64,000 bases of DNA from Macrostomum hystrix. Lineage: Eukaryota; Animalia; Platyhelminthes. The stretch spans positions 3,162,001-3,226,000 of the forward strand of contig CATNEN010000007.1 in assembly GCA_950097015.1 (NCBI GenBank), given 5' to 3'. The translations under genes were made by a program, and so were the position numbers. The notes below the pieces were generated by a model. It ran no database searches. It saw nothing but the letters and a program-made list of their open reading frames with translations, and was not told the DNA's origin. Shown piece after piece: positions 36,695 to 48,046 of this stretch. Position 1 is the stretch's first letter, and each line of letters starts with the position of its first letter.

Positions 36695-37659
36695 ATGGCC
36701 TCTGCTCAGAAGGTGGCGGTGGTGACGGGCTCCAACAAGGGCATCGGGTTCGCCATTGTGGAGCAGCTGTGCAAGCAGCTGGGCTCCGGCTGGTCCGTCT
36801 ACCTGACCTCGCGCGATGAGGCTCGCGGCTTGGAGGCGCTGCGACAGCTGAAGGAGCGCGGAGTGGAGCCTCGCTTCCACCAGCTGGACATTGACAGTCA
36901 GGAGAGCGTGGACCGGCTGGCCACCTACCTGCGGAGGTCGCACAATGGTGGCCTAAATGTTCTTGTAAACAATGCCGCCATTGCTTACAAAACTAATTCG
37001 AAGGAACCTTTCTCTGAGCAGGCCGAGGTCACCATGGCAACGAACTTCTGGGGAACCCTCCGCGTGTGCGACGCCCTGTTCCCGCTGCTGCGGCCTCACG
37101 CTCGGGTTGTGCACCTGTGCAGCACCATGAGTGACATGGCCCTGAACCAGTGCAAAGCACACCTGCAGAAGCGACTCACTCAGAAAATGAGCCTGGATGA
37201 GGTGAGTTGAGCTGTTAAATGCATGACCCAAGGCTGATTTCCTTCATTCGAGGTTATTGTTATCATTTCAAAATGATATATTGATTTTTTGGAAATGACT
37301 AATGAATATTATCTTCACTGCAGGTCAAGCTACTCATGTCAGAGTTCGTGTCGCATGCCAAGTCTGGCACTTTAAACTCGTCCGGCTGGCCGCCCACCGC
37401 CTACGCCGTCTCAAAGGTCGGCGTGCGCCTCATGACCTACGCCCAGGCCAAGGACATTCGCGGAGATGACATTGTGATCAACTGCTGCTGTCCTGGCTAT
37501 GTTAGCACAGACATGACCAGCCATAAGGGACCCAAGACCATCTATGAGGGCGCCGATACACCGGTTTACCTGGCCACCCTGCCGCCAGGTGTGAAGGAAC
37601 CGGTGGGCCAGCACCTGTACGAGCGGAAGGTTGTGCCGTGGGCTGTGAAGAAGACATAA
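36695..37659 (+). CDS. CBR1: CBR1-like carbonyl reductase, copy 4; exons 36695-37201, 37324-37659 (280 aa)
   Basis: Same motifs (TAYAVSK); 122-nt phase-0 intron at the same position; one extra codon in exon 1. Confidence 0.9.
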
Positions 37660-38641
37660 TTTAGCTATTTCTAATTTTTGTGCTCACATAGTGTTCCCAT
37701 TTAGATTAAATATGCATTCTATAGTTGGCCATTTGCGCTTCCATTTTTTCTACTGTAGCTACTTGTCCTGTCTTTAAATTATTTTCTTTTTTCGATTCAG
37801 TGGTACATGGTTTTGCTGTAAAATTGTCCTAATTTATGTAGTACGCGAGACCTGTTAATAACTTTCCCATGTCTAGGCAACCTGTCACTATTATATCCTG
37901 CTTAGGAACATAGAAGCAGCTGCTAGCTAATCCCGCTAAAAAATAGGGATGTTTCTTTGGGTGATTCCAGTTGGAATCTGCGGTGTTTCCAGAAAAAGAA
38001 ACAGCCGACCGCTGGAAACATACCAATCGGATGATTCCATGCTTAAAATCTACGCAACTGGGCGTTTTCTCGGAGCTTCTTGGTGGCGAAATGGAATCAC
38101 CCAGAGAATCCTCCAGTTCGGAAGATTCCATGCTCAGAAACCGCCGAGGAATCGCCCGTAAATAATTCTCTGGTTGTCCCATGGGCCACTGGTTCGGGTG
38201 ATTCTTCGGCGGTTTCCGCACAATTTACGGTTACATCGGCTGCTTCCTGGGTGGTATCTTTAACTCTTGCGAGATAGGGGGGATTTCGGTTGATTCCACT
38301 CCTATTTTGCACAAAAAACCCGCCGAAGAAGCAGCCGAATTTTTTACAGGGATCTTTCCATAATTTAGGCGACAAAAATAATCAAATTTTTGGATCGAGA
38401 TAAAACATATCCCATCGTTAGACATCAGCTGACGCTTAGTATCATTTTAAGAGTGTTGCGGCTCCAGTCAGGAACTACAAATCGATTGTGAGCAATAAGT
38501 AGGCAGTTTTTTGCGTCGGATTTACAAACAAAGTTTGTCCCTTCAATGGCCGGTAGTTTGGCCATGTCATCGTATATATTTCCATTCCGTTTGGTTGAAA
38601 GACTCCAAAGGTTAGGCAGAATAGTTCTTATTAGTTGCAGT

Positions 38642-39259
38642 TTAGGAGGCCTTAGAGTGTCCGGTTCTCTGGCGTCCTGCAGCCGACGCAGCCGCAGTTG
38701 TCGTTGCTGAGGTGGCAGCCCTCGACGCTGCTCGACTCTTCGCGCTGGAAGCGGACAGCAAGCGCACGAAGCTCAGATCGCGATCGCCGTTCTCTTCGAA
38801 GGTCATCATTCGGCGGAAGTCCTCCCAGTTGACCACGCCGTCCCTGTCGTGATCGGCGTGACGCAGCATCTCGTCGACATCTTCGTCGGTTAGCGGCTCG
38901 TCAAGCAGCAGCAGCATGGTCCGCTTGAGCTCCTCGTGGGTCACGTGGTTGCCGTCCGAGCCGCGGCTGAGCACGAAGAATGCTTCTCGAATTTCCGCTT
39001 CCTCATCGACGTCAGCGCCGCGCATCTTCAGCACCAGAATGCCACACAGAGTGTCAAAACTGATGCGCGGCTTGGCGTCCGGATCGCTGCCAAGCTTGAT
39101 TAGGAATTTGCGCAGATCCGTGTCGCTCAGCGGGTGCCCGATCCTGCGCATTATGACAGACACCGCCGCCATGGTGACGCTGCCCTCCGAGGTGCGATCG
39201 TTTTCCTCGAATGCATCTTTTAGTTCCTTTAGTGTGGCTTCCTCCAATATCTCGGCCAT
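38642..39259 (-). CDS. Divergent calmodulin-like EF-hand protein, single coding exon, ~205 aa with an Ala/Arg-rich C-terminal extension
   Basis: Calmodulin scaffold (ELKDAF.., VIMRRIG, LKMRGAD.E.EIREAF, GEPLT-like DEPLTDEDVDEMLRHADHDRDGVVNWEDFRRMM). Only the last EF loop is close to canonical. Confidence 0.85.
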   Translation of the reverse strand: MAEILEEATLKELKDAFEENDRTSEGSVTMAAVSVIMRRIGHPLSDTDLRKFLIKLGSDPDAKPRISFDTLCGILVLKMRGADVDEEAEIREAFFVLSRGSDGNHVTHEELKRTMLLLLDEPLTDEDVDEMLRHADHDRDGVVNWEDFRRMMTFEENGDRDLSFVRLLSASSAKSRAASRAATSATTTAAASAAGRQRTGHSKAS

Positions 39260-39884
39260 TCTATCGGTTGCTAGGACCACCTTTTGCCTGGACAGTGACA
39301 GTCTTGCTTCTACTCCCGACTGCGCCCTCTTCTATTTCCAGGTGTCTTAGAGGCTCCTAGTACAGTCCCAAATAAGAAGAGATGAAAAGCGTACAGTGAG
39401 ATTAAAGATCTTTTTCTTCGACACCACCAACAGCAGGGGCTTTCTAGTCGCGAGTCCTCTGTGGGCAGAGGCGGAGAAGGTGTAGAAACACTCTGTGCAC
39501 TCATTGTGTAGCACGCAAGCACAGCGCATTGCCATCCTTCTCTCCCTAGCTCTAGTCTCTTTTCGCTCCTGCCTGTCATTTGGTAATGATTTCACTCTGC
39601 CCTCGCTCTCTCTCTCTAAGCTTTTTATAACGCGTTGTGCGACCCTCCTGCTCCGTCCTTCCTCCCCATCTCTCTCCAGCTCATAAAAATTGTGCCTACC
39701 TAATCTGCTTTTAGCACCCAGTCTGTAGGTAGACTCCTACTTTGATGCAAAATAGCTTCTTAGCAACTAAAGATACTTCATCCCCGTCACTATAATCAAT
39801 GATCGACTATTAAATTATGGACTACTCTGTTTCGCTCCAGGCCATCTGGCCGTTGTCACAGTTGCCTTACACAATAATGGCTCA

Positions 39885-41833
39885 GACAGTCACCCAATGT
39901 GAAAGTAGCCTAAACAGTCACCATATGTGAAAGTAGCCTAAACAGTCACCATATGTGAAAGTAGCCTAAACAGTCACCATATGTGAAAGTAGCCTAAACA
40001 GTCACCATATGTGAAAGTAGCCTAAACAGTCACCATATGTGAAAGTAGCCTAAACAGTCACCCTGTGTGAAAGTAGCCTAAACAGTCACCATATGTGAAA
40101 GTAGCCTAAACAGTCACCATATGTGAAAGTAGCCTAAACAGTCACCCTGTGTGAAAGTAGCCTAAACAGTCACCATATGTGAAAGTAGCCTAAACAGTCA
40201 CCCTGTGTGAAAGTAGCCTAAACAGTCACCCTGTGTGAAAGTAGCCTAAACAGTCACCCTGTGTGAAAGTAGCCTAAACAGTCACCCTGTGTGAATGTAG
40301 CCTAAACAGTCACCCTGTGTGAAAGTAGCCTAAACAGTCACCATATGTGAAAGTAGCCTAAACAGTCACCCTGTGTGAAAGTAGCCTAAACAGTCACCCT
40401 GTGTGAAAGTAGCCTAAACAGTCAAGTCACCCTGTGTGAAAGTAGCCTAAACAGTCACCCTGTGTGAAAGTAGCCTAAACAGTCACCCTGTGTGAAAGTA
40501 GCCTAAACAGTCACCATATGTGAAAGTAGCCTAAACAGTCACCCTGTGTGAAAGTAGCCTAAACAGTCACCCTGTGTGAAAGTAGCCTAAACAGTCACCC
40601 TGTGTGAAAGTAGCCTAAACAGTCACCCTGTGTGAAAGTAGCCTAAACAGTCACCCTGTGTGAAAGTAGCCTAAACAGTCACCCTGTGTGAAAGTAGCCT
40701 AAACAGTCACCCTGTGTGAAAGTAGCTTAAACAGTCACCCTGTGTGAAAGTAGCCTAAGCAGTCACCATATGTGAAAGTAGCCTAAACAGTCACCCTGTG
40801 TGAAAGTAGCCTAAACAGTCACCCTGTGTGAAAGTAGCCTAAACAGTCACCCTGTGTGAAAGTAGCCTAAACAGTCACCCTGTGTGAAAGTAGCCTAAAC
40901 AGTCACCCTGTGTGAAAGTAGCCTAAACAGTCACCCTGTGTGAAAGTAGCCTAAACAGTCACCCTGTGTGAAAGTAGCCTAAACAGTCAAGTCACCCTGT
41001 GTGAAAGTAGCCTAAACAGTCACCCTGTGTGAAAGTAGCCTAAACAGTCACCCTGTGTGAAAGTAGCCTAAACAGTCACCCTGTGTGAAAGTAGCCTAAA
41101 CAGTCACCCTGTGTGAAAGTAGCCTAAACAGTCACCCTGTGTGAAAGTAGCCTAAACAGTCACCCTGTGTGAAAGTAGCCTAAACAGTCACCCTGTGTGA
41201 AAGTAGCCTAAACAGTCACCCTGTGTGAAAGTAGCCTAAACAGTCACCCTGTGTGAAAGTAGCCTAAACAGTCACCATATGTGAAAGTAGCCTAAACAGT
41301 CACCCTGTGTGAAAGTAGCCTAAACAGTCACCCTGTGTGAAAGTAGCCTAAACAGTCACCCTGTGTGAAAGTAGCCTAAACAGTCACCCTGTGTGAAAGT
41401 AGCCTAAACAGTCACCATATGTGAAAGTAGCCTAAACAGTCACCCTGTGTGAAAGTAGCCTAAACAGTCACCCTGTGTGAAAGTAGCCTAAACAGTCACC
41501 CTGTGTGAAAGTAGCCTAAACAGTCACCCTGTGTGAAAGTAGCCTAAACAGTCACCCTGTGTGAAAGTAGCCTGAACAGTCACCATATGTGAAAGTAGCC
41601 TAAACAGTCACCCTGTGTGAAAGTAGCCTAAACAGTCACCCTGTGTGAAAGTAGCCTAAACAGTCACCCTGTGTGAAAGTAGCCTAAACAGTCACCCTGT
41701 GTGAAAGTAGCCTAAACAGTCACCCTGTGTGAAAGTAGCCTAAACAGTCACCATGTGTGAAAGTAGCCTAAACAGTCACCCTGTGTGAAAGTAGCCTAAA
41801 CAGTCACCCTGTGTGAAAGTAGCCTAAACAGTC
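39885..41833. repeat. 28-bp minisatellite (GTGAAAGTAGCCTAAACAGTCACCCTGT), ~1.95 kb
   Basis: Long homogeneous array upstream of AF10, ending just before the acceptor-like CTCATTGCAG at ~41870. Confidence 0.97.
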
Positions 41834-41963
41834 GCCCTCTTGAGACCTAAAAAACTCCGTCTCATTGCAGTCCGTCGCAGTCAAACTGACCATCAGAAAG
41901 CCTCTGTGGCCAGTCAGCCGGTCCATTTACCAATAGCTATTAACTACAAACCAATTTATTGTT

Positions 41964-44900
41964 ATGAAGGAGATGATCGGCGGCTGCTGCGTTTGCTCTG
42001 AGGAGCGCGGCTGGTCAGACAACCCTCTGGTCTATTGCGACGGAGCCCAGTGCACCGTGGCCGTACACCAGGCCTGCTACGGCATTCCAATCATTCCTGA
42101 GGGCTCCTGGTACTGCAGAAAGTGCGAAAGCAACGAGCGAGTGGCTCGGGTCCGCTGCGAGCTCTGCCCCAGCCGTACCGGCGCATTGAAGCGCACCAAT
42201 CACGGCACTTGGTGTCACGTGATCTGCGCCCTGTTCATTCCCGAGGTTGACTTTGGCGACAAGGCCCTGATGGAGCCAGTGCTGCTGGACAAGGTGCCTA
42301 GCGAGAAGTTCAACAGGCTGTGCTACATCTGCGAGTCGCGCGGCCACACCGAGAGGGCCGCAGCTGGCGCCTGCATGCAGTGCAACAAGGCCGGCTGCCG
42401 CCTCTGCTTTCACGTCACCTGTGCGCAGACCCTCGGCCTGCTGTGCGAAGAGAGCGAAACTAACGGCTCAGTGAGATTCTGCGGCTACTGCCAGGTGCGT
42501 TCTCAGAACTGGCCATTGTCAGTCAGCGGTGGATTGCAAATCAAACCCAATGGATTGCTAATCTAACCCGATGGATTGCTAATCTAACCCGATGGATTGC
42601 TAATCTAACCCGATGGATTGCTAATCTAACCCGATGGATTGCTAATCTAACCCGATGGATTGCTAATCTAACCCGATGGATTGCTAATCTAACCCGATGG
42701 ATTGCTAATCTAACCCGATGGATTGCAAATCTAACCCAATGGATTGCAAATCTAACCCAATGGATTGCTAATCTAACCCGATGGATTGCTAATCTAACCC
42801 GATGGATTGCTAATCTAACCCAATGGATTGCTAATCTAACCCGATGGATTGCTAATCTAATCCAAAGGGTTAAGCAATCAGCAGCTTATTGGTCGCCACC
42901 TCTAACTTCTTTATCTCAATCCATCATTCGCAGGGCCACTTCAAGAAGCTGGACAAGCGGGGGTCGGGCATCAAGCCGATCGCAGCCTATACGGCGCCAG
43001 AGCTGCCGTCGGCCAGGCCCAGCCTAACCGGAGCCGGAGGCGGCACGTTGCTAAGTAACGGCGTCGGCCTCTTACGGGGCCCAGCGGAGCCGGTCAGCCC
43101 AGACGAGTCGAAGCCGCCAGCTTTGAAACAATTCGGCGGAGACGAAGAAGACGACGACGATGACGAAGAGGACATGCTGCGCATGGAGAAGAAGAACGCC
43201 GAAACTGCCTCCGGGGGCCTGAATGGCAACTCTGTGGCTGCCGCTTCCGCCGCTGCCGCTGCCGTTGCTTCCGCTAGTAGCGGCGCCTCAGCCGTAGCTT
43301 CTGGCGGCGGGCCGTTGGCGTCGACATTGAGCAGAAACGGCCACAACGGCAGTCCGCCGCCGCTGCTTCGCCTAGGCGCGCCGCTGTCCTTTGTCATCGG
43401 CTCAGGCGGCGGCTCCCAGTCGAAATCCAGCAGCAGCGAAACCGTGGCCGCTGCCTCCGTCTCTCCTGTGCCGCTGCCCAAGAAGCGCCAAATTGCGGCG
43501 GCGGCGGCGGCGGCAGCAGCGGCAGCAGCAGCGGCTTCGGCAACATCCTCTTCAGCGCCAGTCTATCAAGGAGCTTCAACTGATTCTTCTTCAATCAATC
43601 TGGCTGAGACATTGTTGCCTTCCGTTCCGGCTGCCGGAAGCAATAGCAGCGCTGCCAATGCCGCTAATATTAGACGGCAGAGACAGGCGAAGCAGCAGCA
43701 GCAGCCGAAGCGGGACAAGGTCGAGAAGAAGCGAAGAAAGCTTGATATCAGCGCTGCAGCTGGCGGCAGCTTAGGAGCTTCCACTGCTTCGACCTCTGCG
43801 GTTCTGTCACCGCCTCAGCTGCTCCTGACTTCGCCAACGATGCCTCAGCAGCCTCAGCAGCAGCAGCAGATGCGGAGTCCGCCCCGCCAGCCGCCGCCGC
43901 CTCCGCCGCTGCCCTACATCGGCCCGCCACTGCCGCGCGGCCTCACACTGGCCGAATTGAACGACCCGGGCAACGCCGGAGGCGCCTGCCTCACAATGGC
44001 CGACCTGCTGGAGTGGCAGTGGCAGCAGACTGGCGACTTCCTTATGCAGCAGGTTTGAGCACTGCTCTGCGCCTCCGTTTTTATCCATCTCTAATCCCCA
44101 GTCTGTTCAATTATCCCAACTCTGATCCCCAGTCTGTGCAATCATCCCAACTCTGATCCCCAGTCTGTGCAATCATCCCAACTCTGATCCCCAGTCTGTG
44201 CAATTATCCCAACTCTGATCCCCAGTCTGTGCAATCATCCCAACTCTGATCCCCAGTCTGTGCAATCATCCCAACTCTGATCCCCAGTCTGTGCAATCAT
44301 CCCAACTCTGATCCCCAGTCTGTGCAATTATCCCAACTCTGATCCCCAGTCTGTGCAATTATCCCAACTCTGATCCCCAGTCTGTGCAATTATCCCAACT
44401 CTGATCCCCAGTCTGTGCAATTATCCCACCTCAGATCCCCTGTTTTCCATTGTTCCAAATCTGATTTTCTTCTCTCGGGTTCCCTGTATTCGGAACTGTA
44501 TTTGTACTTCCTGCTAATAGAGATAAGCTGGATCGCATCCACACAGGTGGAGAGCACAGACATCGCCAGCCTGCTCACCTGCCTGCACCAGCTGCAGAAG
44601 GAGAACCGCCTGCTGGAGCAGCAGATCGGCAATCTGCAGCAGCGCAAGGACCGGCTCCAGTCACTCACCAGCAAGCTGCAGCAGCCTTTGCCGCAGTCGG
44701 CCGCCTCGGCTGTTCTTCCAACCCCATCCGCTTCGTCTTCGTCCGCCTCCACGAATGCGCCCAGCGTCAGCCTGCTCGCACCAGGAGCCGCAGTCACACC
44801 GACATCATCGGCTGCCGCAGTTGGGTCCGCGACTATCGACGTATCAACGCCGGCATCAACTCCCCAGCATCACCAGCTTCAAGCTTTCGCTCAGCTGCAG

Positions 44901-45041
44901 CACCAGCAGCAGCTTCATCATGTACCAACAACTCCTCATCATCATCAGCAACAGCAGCAGCAGCAGCAGCCTAGCCCTGCATTGCCTATGGCCCAATACT
45001 CGCCCCTCTTAATTCCACAGCAACAGCAGCTGCAGCATCAG

Positions 45042-45078
<37 letters not shown>

Positions 45079-45695
45079 TGCAACAACATCAGCAACAGCA
45101 GCATCATCAGCAATTCTTTGCCCAGCAACAACAGTTAGCTAATCAGCAGCTAATTGCTCAACAGCATCAGCAGCAACGTATTCATCAGCAACAGCAGCAG
45201 CAGCAGCCTCAGCAACACATGCAGCCGCAGTTGCCGCATAGCGGTTATCACCAGCAGCACCTAGGGCCGGGTGCCGTCAGTCAGGCTGCGAGTGTCATGA
45301 CTGGCGCAGCTAGCTACCACACTCAGCAGCAGCAACAGCAGCAGCAGCAGCATCATCAGCAACATCAACAGCAGATGTTTATGGCGGCTGCCGCTGCGGC
45401 TGCGGCTGCGGCAGCCAGTGGGTCCGGCCGCGTTTCCGGCCAAGCTCCGCCGACCTTCCTGCCCATGGCTTCGTCAGCGGCAGCAGGTGCCAGTGTCTCG
45501 CATCACCTGATGCTGACTGGCCGGACTCCGCCTCAGCAGCAGCAGCAGCTAGTTGCAATTTCCCCACCAACAGGCCAGCTATTCTCCGGTGTGACTGGTC
45601 AATCACCGCCCACAGGTCAGGCCGCCGCGGGTCGCAAAAAGGCCGGCGCTAAGGCGGCCGCCGCTGCTGCCGCTGCATCGGCTGCGAAGTATTGA
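41964..45695 (+). CDS. MLLT10: AF10/AF17 (Alhambra/ZFP-1) PZP and OM-LZ chromatin protein; exons 41964-42494, 42934-44052, 44547-45695 (~932 aa)
   Basis: N-terminus MKEMIGGCCVCSEERGWSDNPLVYCDG with a full PHD-Zn knuckle-PHD module. Octapeptide/leucine zipper LEWQWQQ..FLMQQ|..LHQLQKENRLLEQQIGNL. Phase-0 introns; polyQ C-terminus. Confidence 0.95.
42530..42862. repeat. 21-bp minisatellite (AATCTAACCCGATGGATTGCT) in AF10 intron 1
   Basis: Tandem array inside intron 42495-42933. Confidence 0.95.
44090..44440. repeat. 31-bp minisatellite (CCCCAGTCTGTGCAATCATCCCAACTCTGAT) in AF10 intron 2
   Basis: Tandem array inside intron 44053-44546. Confidence 0.95.
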
Positions 45696-46674
45696 AAATA
45701 GCAAGAAAATTCTTTGAATTAACCGAATACACCGTCCGTTATTTGTCTTGCGGTCCTGATATTTGATTGATTGGTTTAATATAATCAACGGTGATTCCCG
45801 ACTCAAAATTGAACTTTGAGATTTCCTTTTGATTTTCTTCACTCCCCCTGAACGTTCTGTTAAAAACTTGAAAATATCGTATTTCCTTTATTTATCCTCA
45901 AAATCAAATCCCATCGATACCAAATTAATAGCTGGTGTGTCCAATAGGGACCAGTTCAATTGTTCCGTTGTTTAACAACTTGTTCTATTAATTTCACTTC
46001 CCAAATTTGAATTTGAACTGGGTTTTACTAATCTGTGTCTTTTTTTATTAAAAAGCGATTTCTAGCACTACTTTCTAATAGATAGCTAGCTGTGGCAGCT
46101 TGTGTCTCCCGAGTGTTTGATGCTTTTGTCTCGTGCCTCTTGTTTATGCATCATCTTTTAAATTAATTTTCATTTAAGTACATCTCCGTGTACTTTTAAA
46201 TGTAGCCACAGTCTCATTAGAGTGGTCAGATTCGTTTATTTGCTTGTCTTGCTAACAAAATCACCCAAATTCATCAATGATTTGCTTTAATTGTTCGTGT
46301 TTGTTTCAATTAATTCTACTTTCATTGTTGTGTGTTTTCGCTTGTAAATAGTGAAGCTTATCACGTAACACTCTTATTATACATGATGATTGTCTTTTTA
46401 ATTAATTAGATATACCAAAACAGCATGTCTAATATTTGATTTTGTTTATTTAAACACTTATTCGATGTTAACATAAATTGATTACACACTCACGCTCTGA
46501 TACAAACAGTACAGCTAGCAACTAAGGCAGCACCTATGACTTACCTGTGAGTGTTCTCAGCTGACATCTCTGAGCTCTCATTTTCTGAGAGGCAAACTTC
46601 TCTGAACTAACCTTTGCTGCCCTTCTTCTTCATTTGAACAACTTAACCCATATTTTACAGCTGGTTTACAGGCA

Positions 46675-47097
46675 CTACCCACTTGGTATGTTCTCTGCAC
46701 AGACAGTACCCACTTGGTATGTTCTCTGCACAGACATTACCCACTTGGTATGTTCTCTGGGCAGACATTACCCGCTTGGTATGTTCTCTGGGCAGACATT
46801 ACCCGCTTGGTATGTTCTCTGGGCAGACATTACCCGCTTGGTATGTTCTCTGGGCAGACATTACCCGCTTGGTATGTTCTCTGGGCAGACATTACCCACT
46901 TGGTATGTTCTCTGCACAGACATTACCCGCTTGGTATGTTCTCTGCACAGACATTACCCGCTTGGTATGTTCTCTGCACAGACATTACCCGCTTGGTATG
47001 TTCTCTGCACAGACATTACCCGCTTGGTATGTTCTCTGCACAGACATTACCCGCTTGGTATGTTCTCTGCACAGACATTACCCGCTTGGTATGTTCC
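46675..47097. repeat. 31-bp minisatellite (CTTGGTATGTTCTCTGCACAGACATTACCCG)
   Basis: Tandem array between the convergent AF10 and ZMYND8-like genes; 31-aa periodicity in three frames. Confidence 0.95.
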
Positions 47098-47844
47098 GTA
47101 GTTTTGAAACAAATTTTGTAATTCACTCTACTGCAAGTAGTGAGCATTATTGCACGGCAACTTTAGTTCGCGAAATGTTCACTAGTCTCGGTTTATTTAT
47201 GAATATCAATGTCGGGTACGCAGTTCGTGAGGGAAGTGCTCTAGGAATCACTTTACAATAGTCGAGATTCAAGCGCACAGCATGTATGGCTATGGTCGAA
47301 ATGATCATTTACAGTGTCCGAGAGCGTCAGAAATGGACGATGACATTGGCACATTTCAATTTCTAGCGGTGTCATAAGTTCAGTAGCTCGTATTAATAAA
47401 CGAAATGATCTGTACAAGTGATTTTTAGCACGTTTGTTGCAGAAAGGGGCAGATTATAAGGGATGTATAATGAAGGATTAGTCAGGAATAATGCTGCTCA
47501 ATTAGTACGAGTGAATGACCACATAGGTCTCTTAATAAGTTAGTAACGAAAAAATGTAGTGATTCTACTAATAGTAGCAACATGCAAGCAGGTTAGGTCG
47601 GTTATCATGTTTCGTGTCGACTGCAAATTGCTCAATTAATTATTCAGAAATAACATCTAAATCGGATGCGATGTCTGTCATATTCACATGTGGAGATGGT
47701 AGGGGCCAAAGAAAAAACTGGGACAAATAATAGTACAACTCCTTTCTAACAAAAACTTATTTCTAGGAATGCTTCTAGAAACACATTTGCCGTCAAGCTG
47801 ACAAGCCCACAGTCTAGCTTTCATACCAGGATGATGTAGCTAGA

Positions 47845-47960
47845 TACCTGGCATGTTCCACACCTGCCATGTTCCACACCCGGTATGTTCCACACCCGCC
47901 ATGTTCCACACCTGGCATGTTCCACACCTGGCATGTTCCACACCTGCCATATTCCACAAA
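47845..47960. repeat. Short 16-bp tandem repeat (CCTGGCATGTTCCACA)
   Basis: About 7 imperfect units just downstream of the ZMYND8-like stop codon. Confidence 0.85.
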
Positions 47961-48046
47961 GCTGCCACTTAAGAACCAATTATCAATATCGACCCGTACA
48001 AAGTAGAATGTACTAGCACAATATGTATCATGTGAATGTGCCAGCT

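Noticed and set aside
28382-36943. Antisense ORFs over the CBR genes (MHNPSVRPQQ..) and other overlapping ORFs on 4E-T, AF10, ZMYND8-like and JPH
   Set aside because: These are shadow ORFs expected from GC-rich codon usage. Their repetition reflects the sense-strand duplication.
39885-41833. CRISPR-like arrays
   Set aside because: Units are head-to-tail with no unique spacers, there are no cas genes, and the context is eukaryotic with introns.
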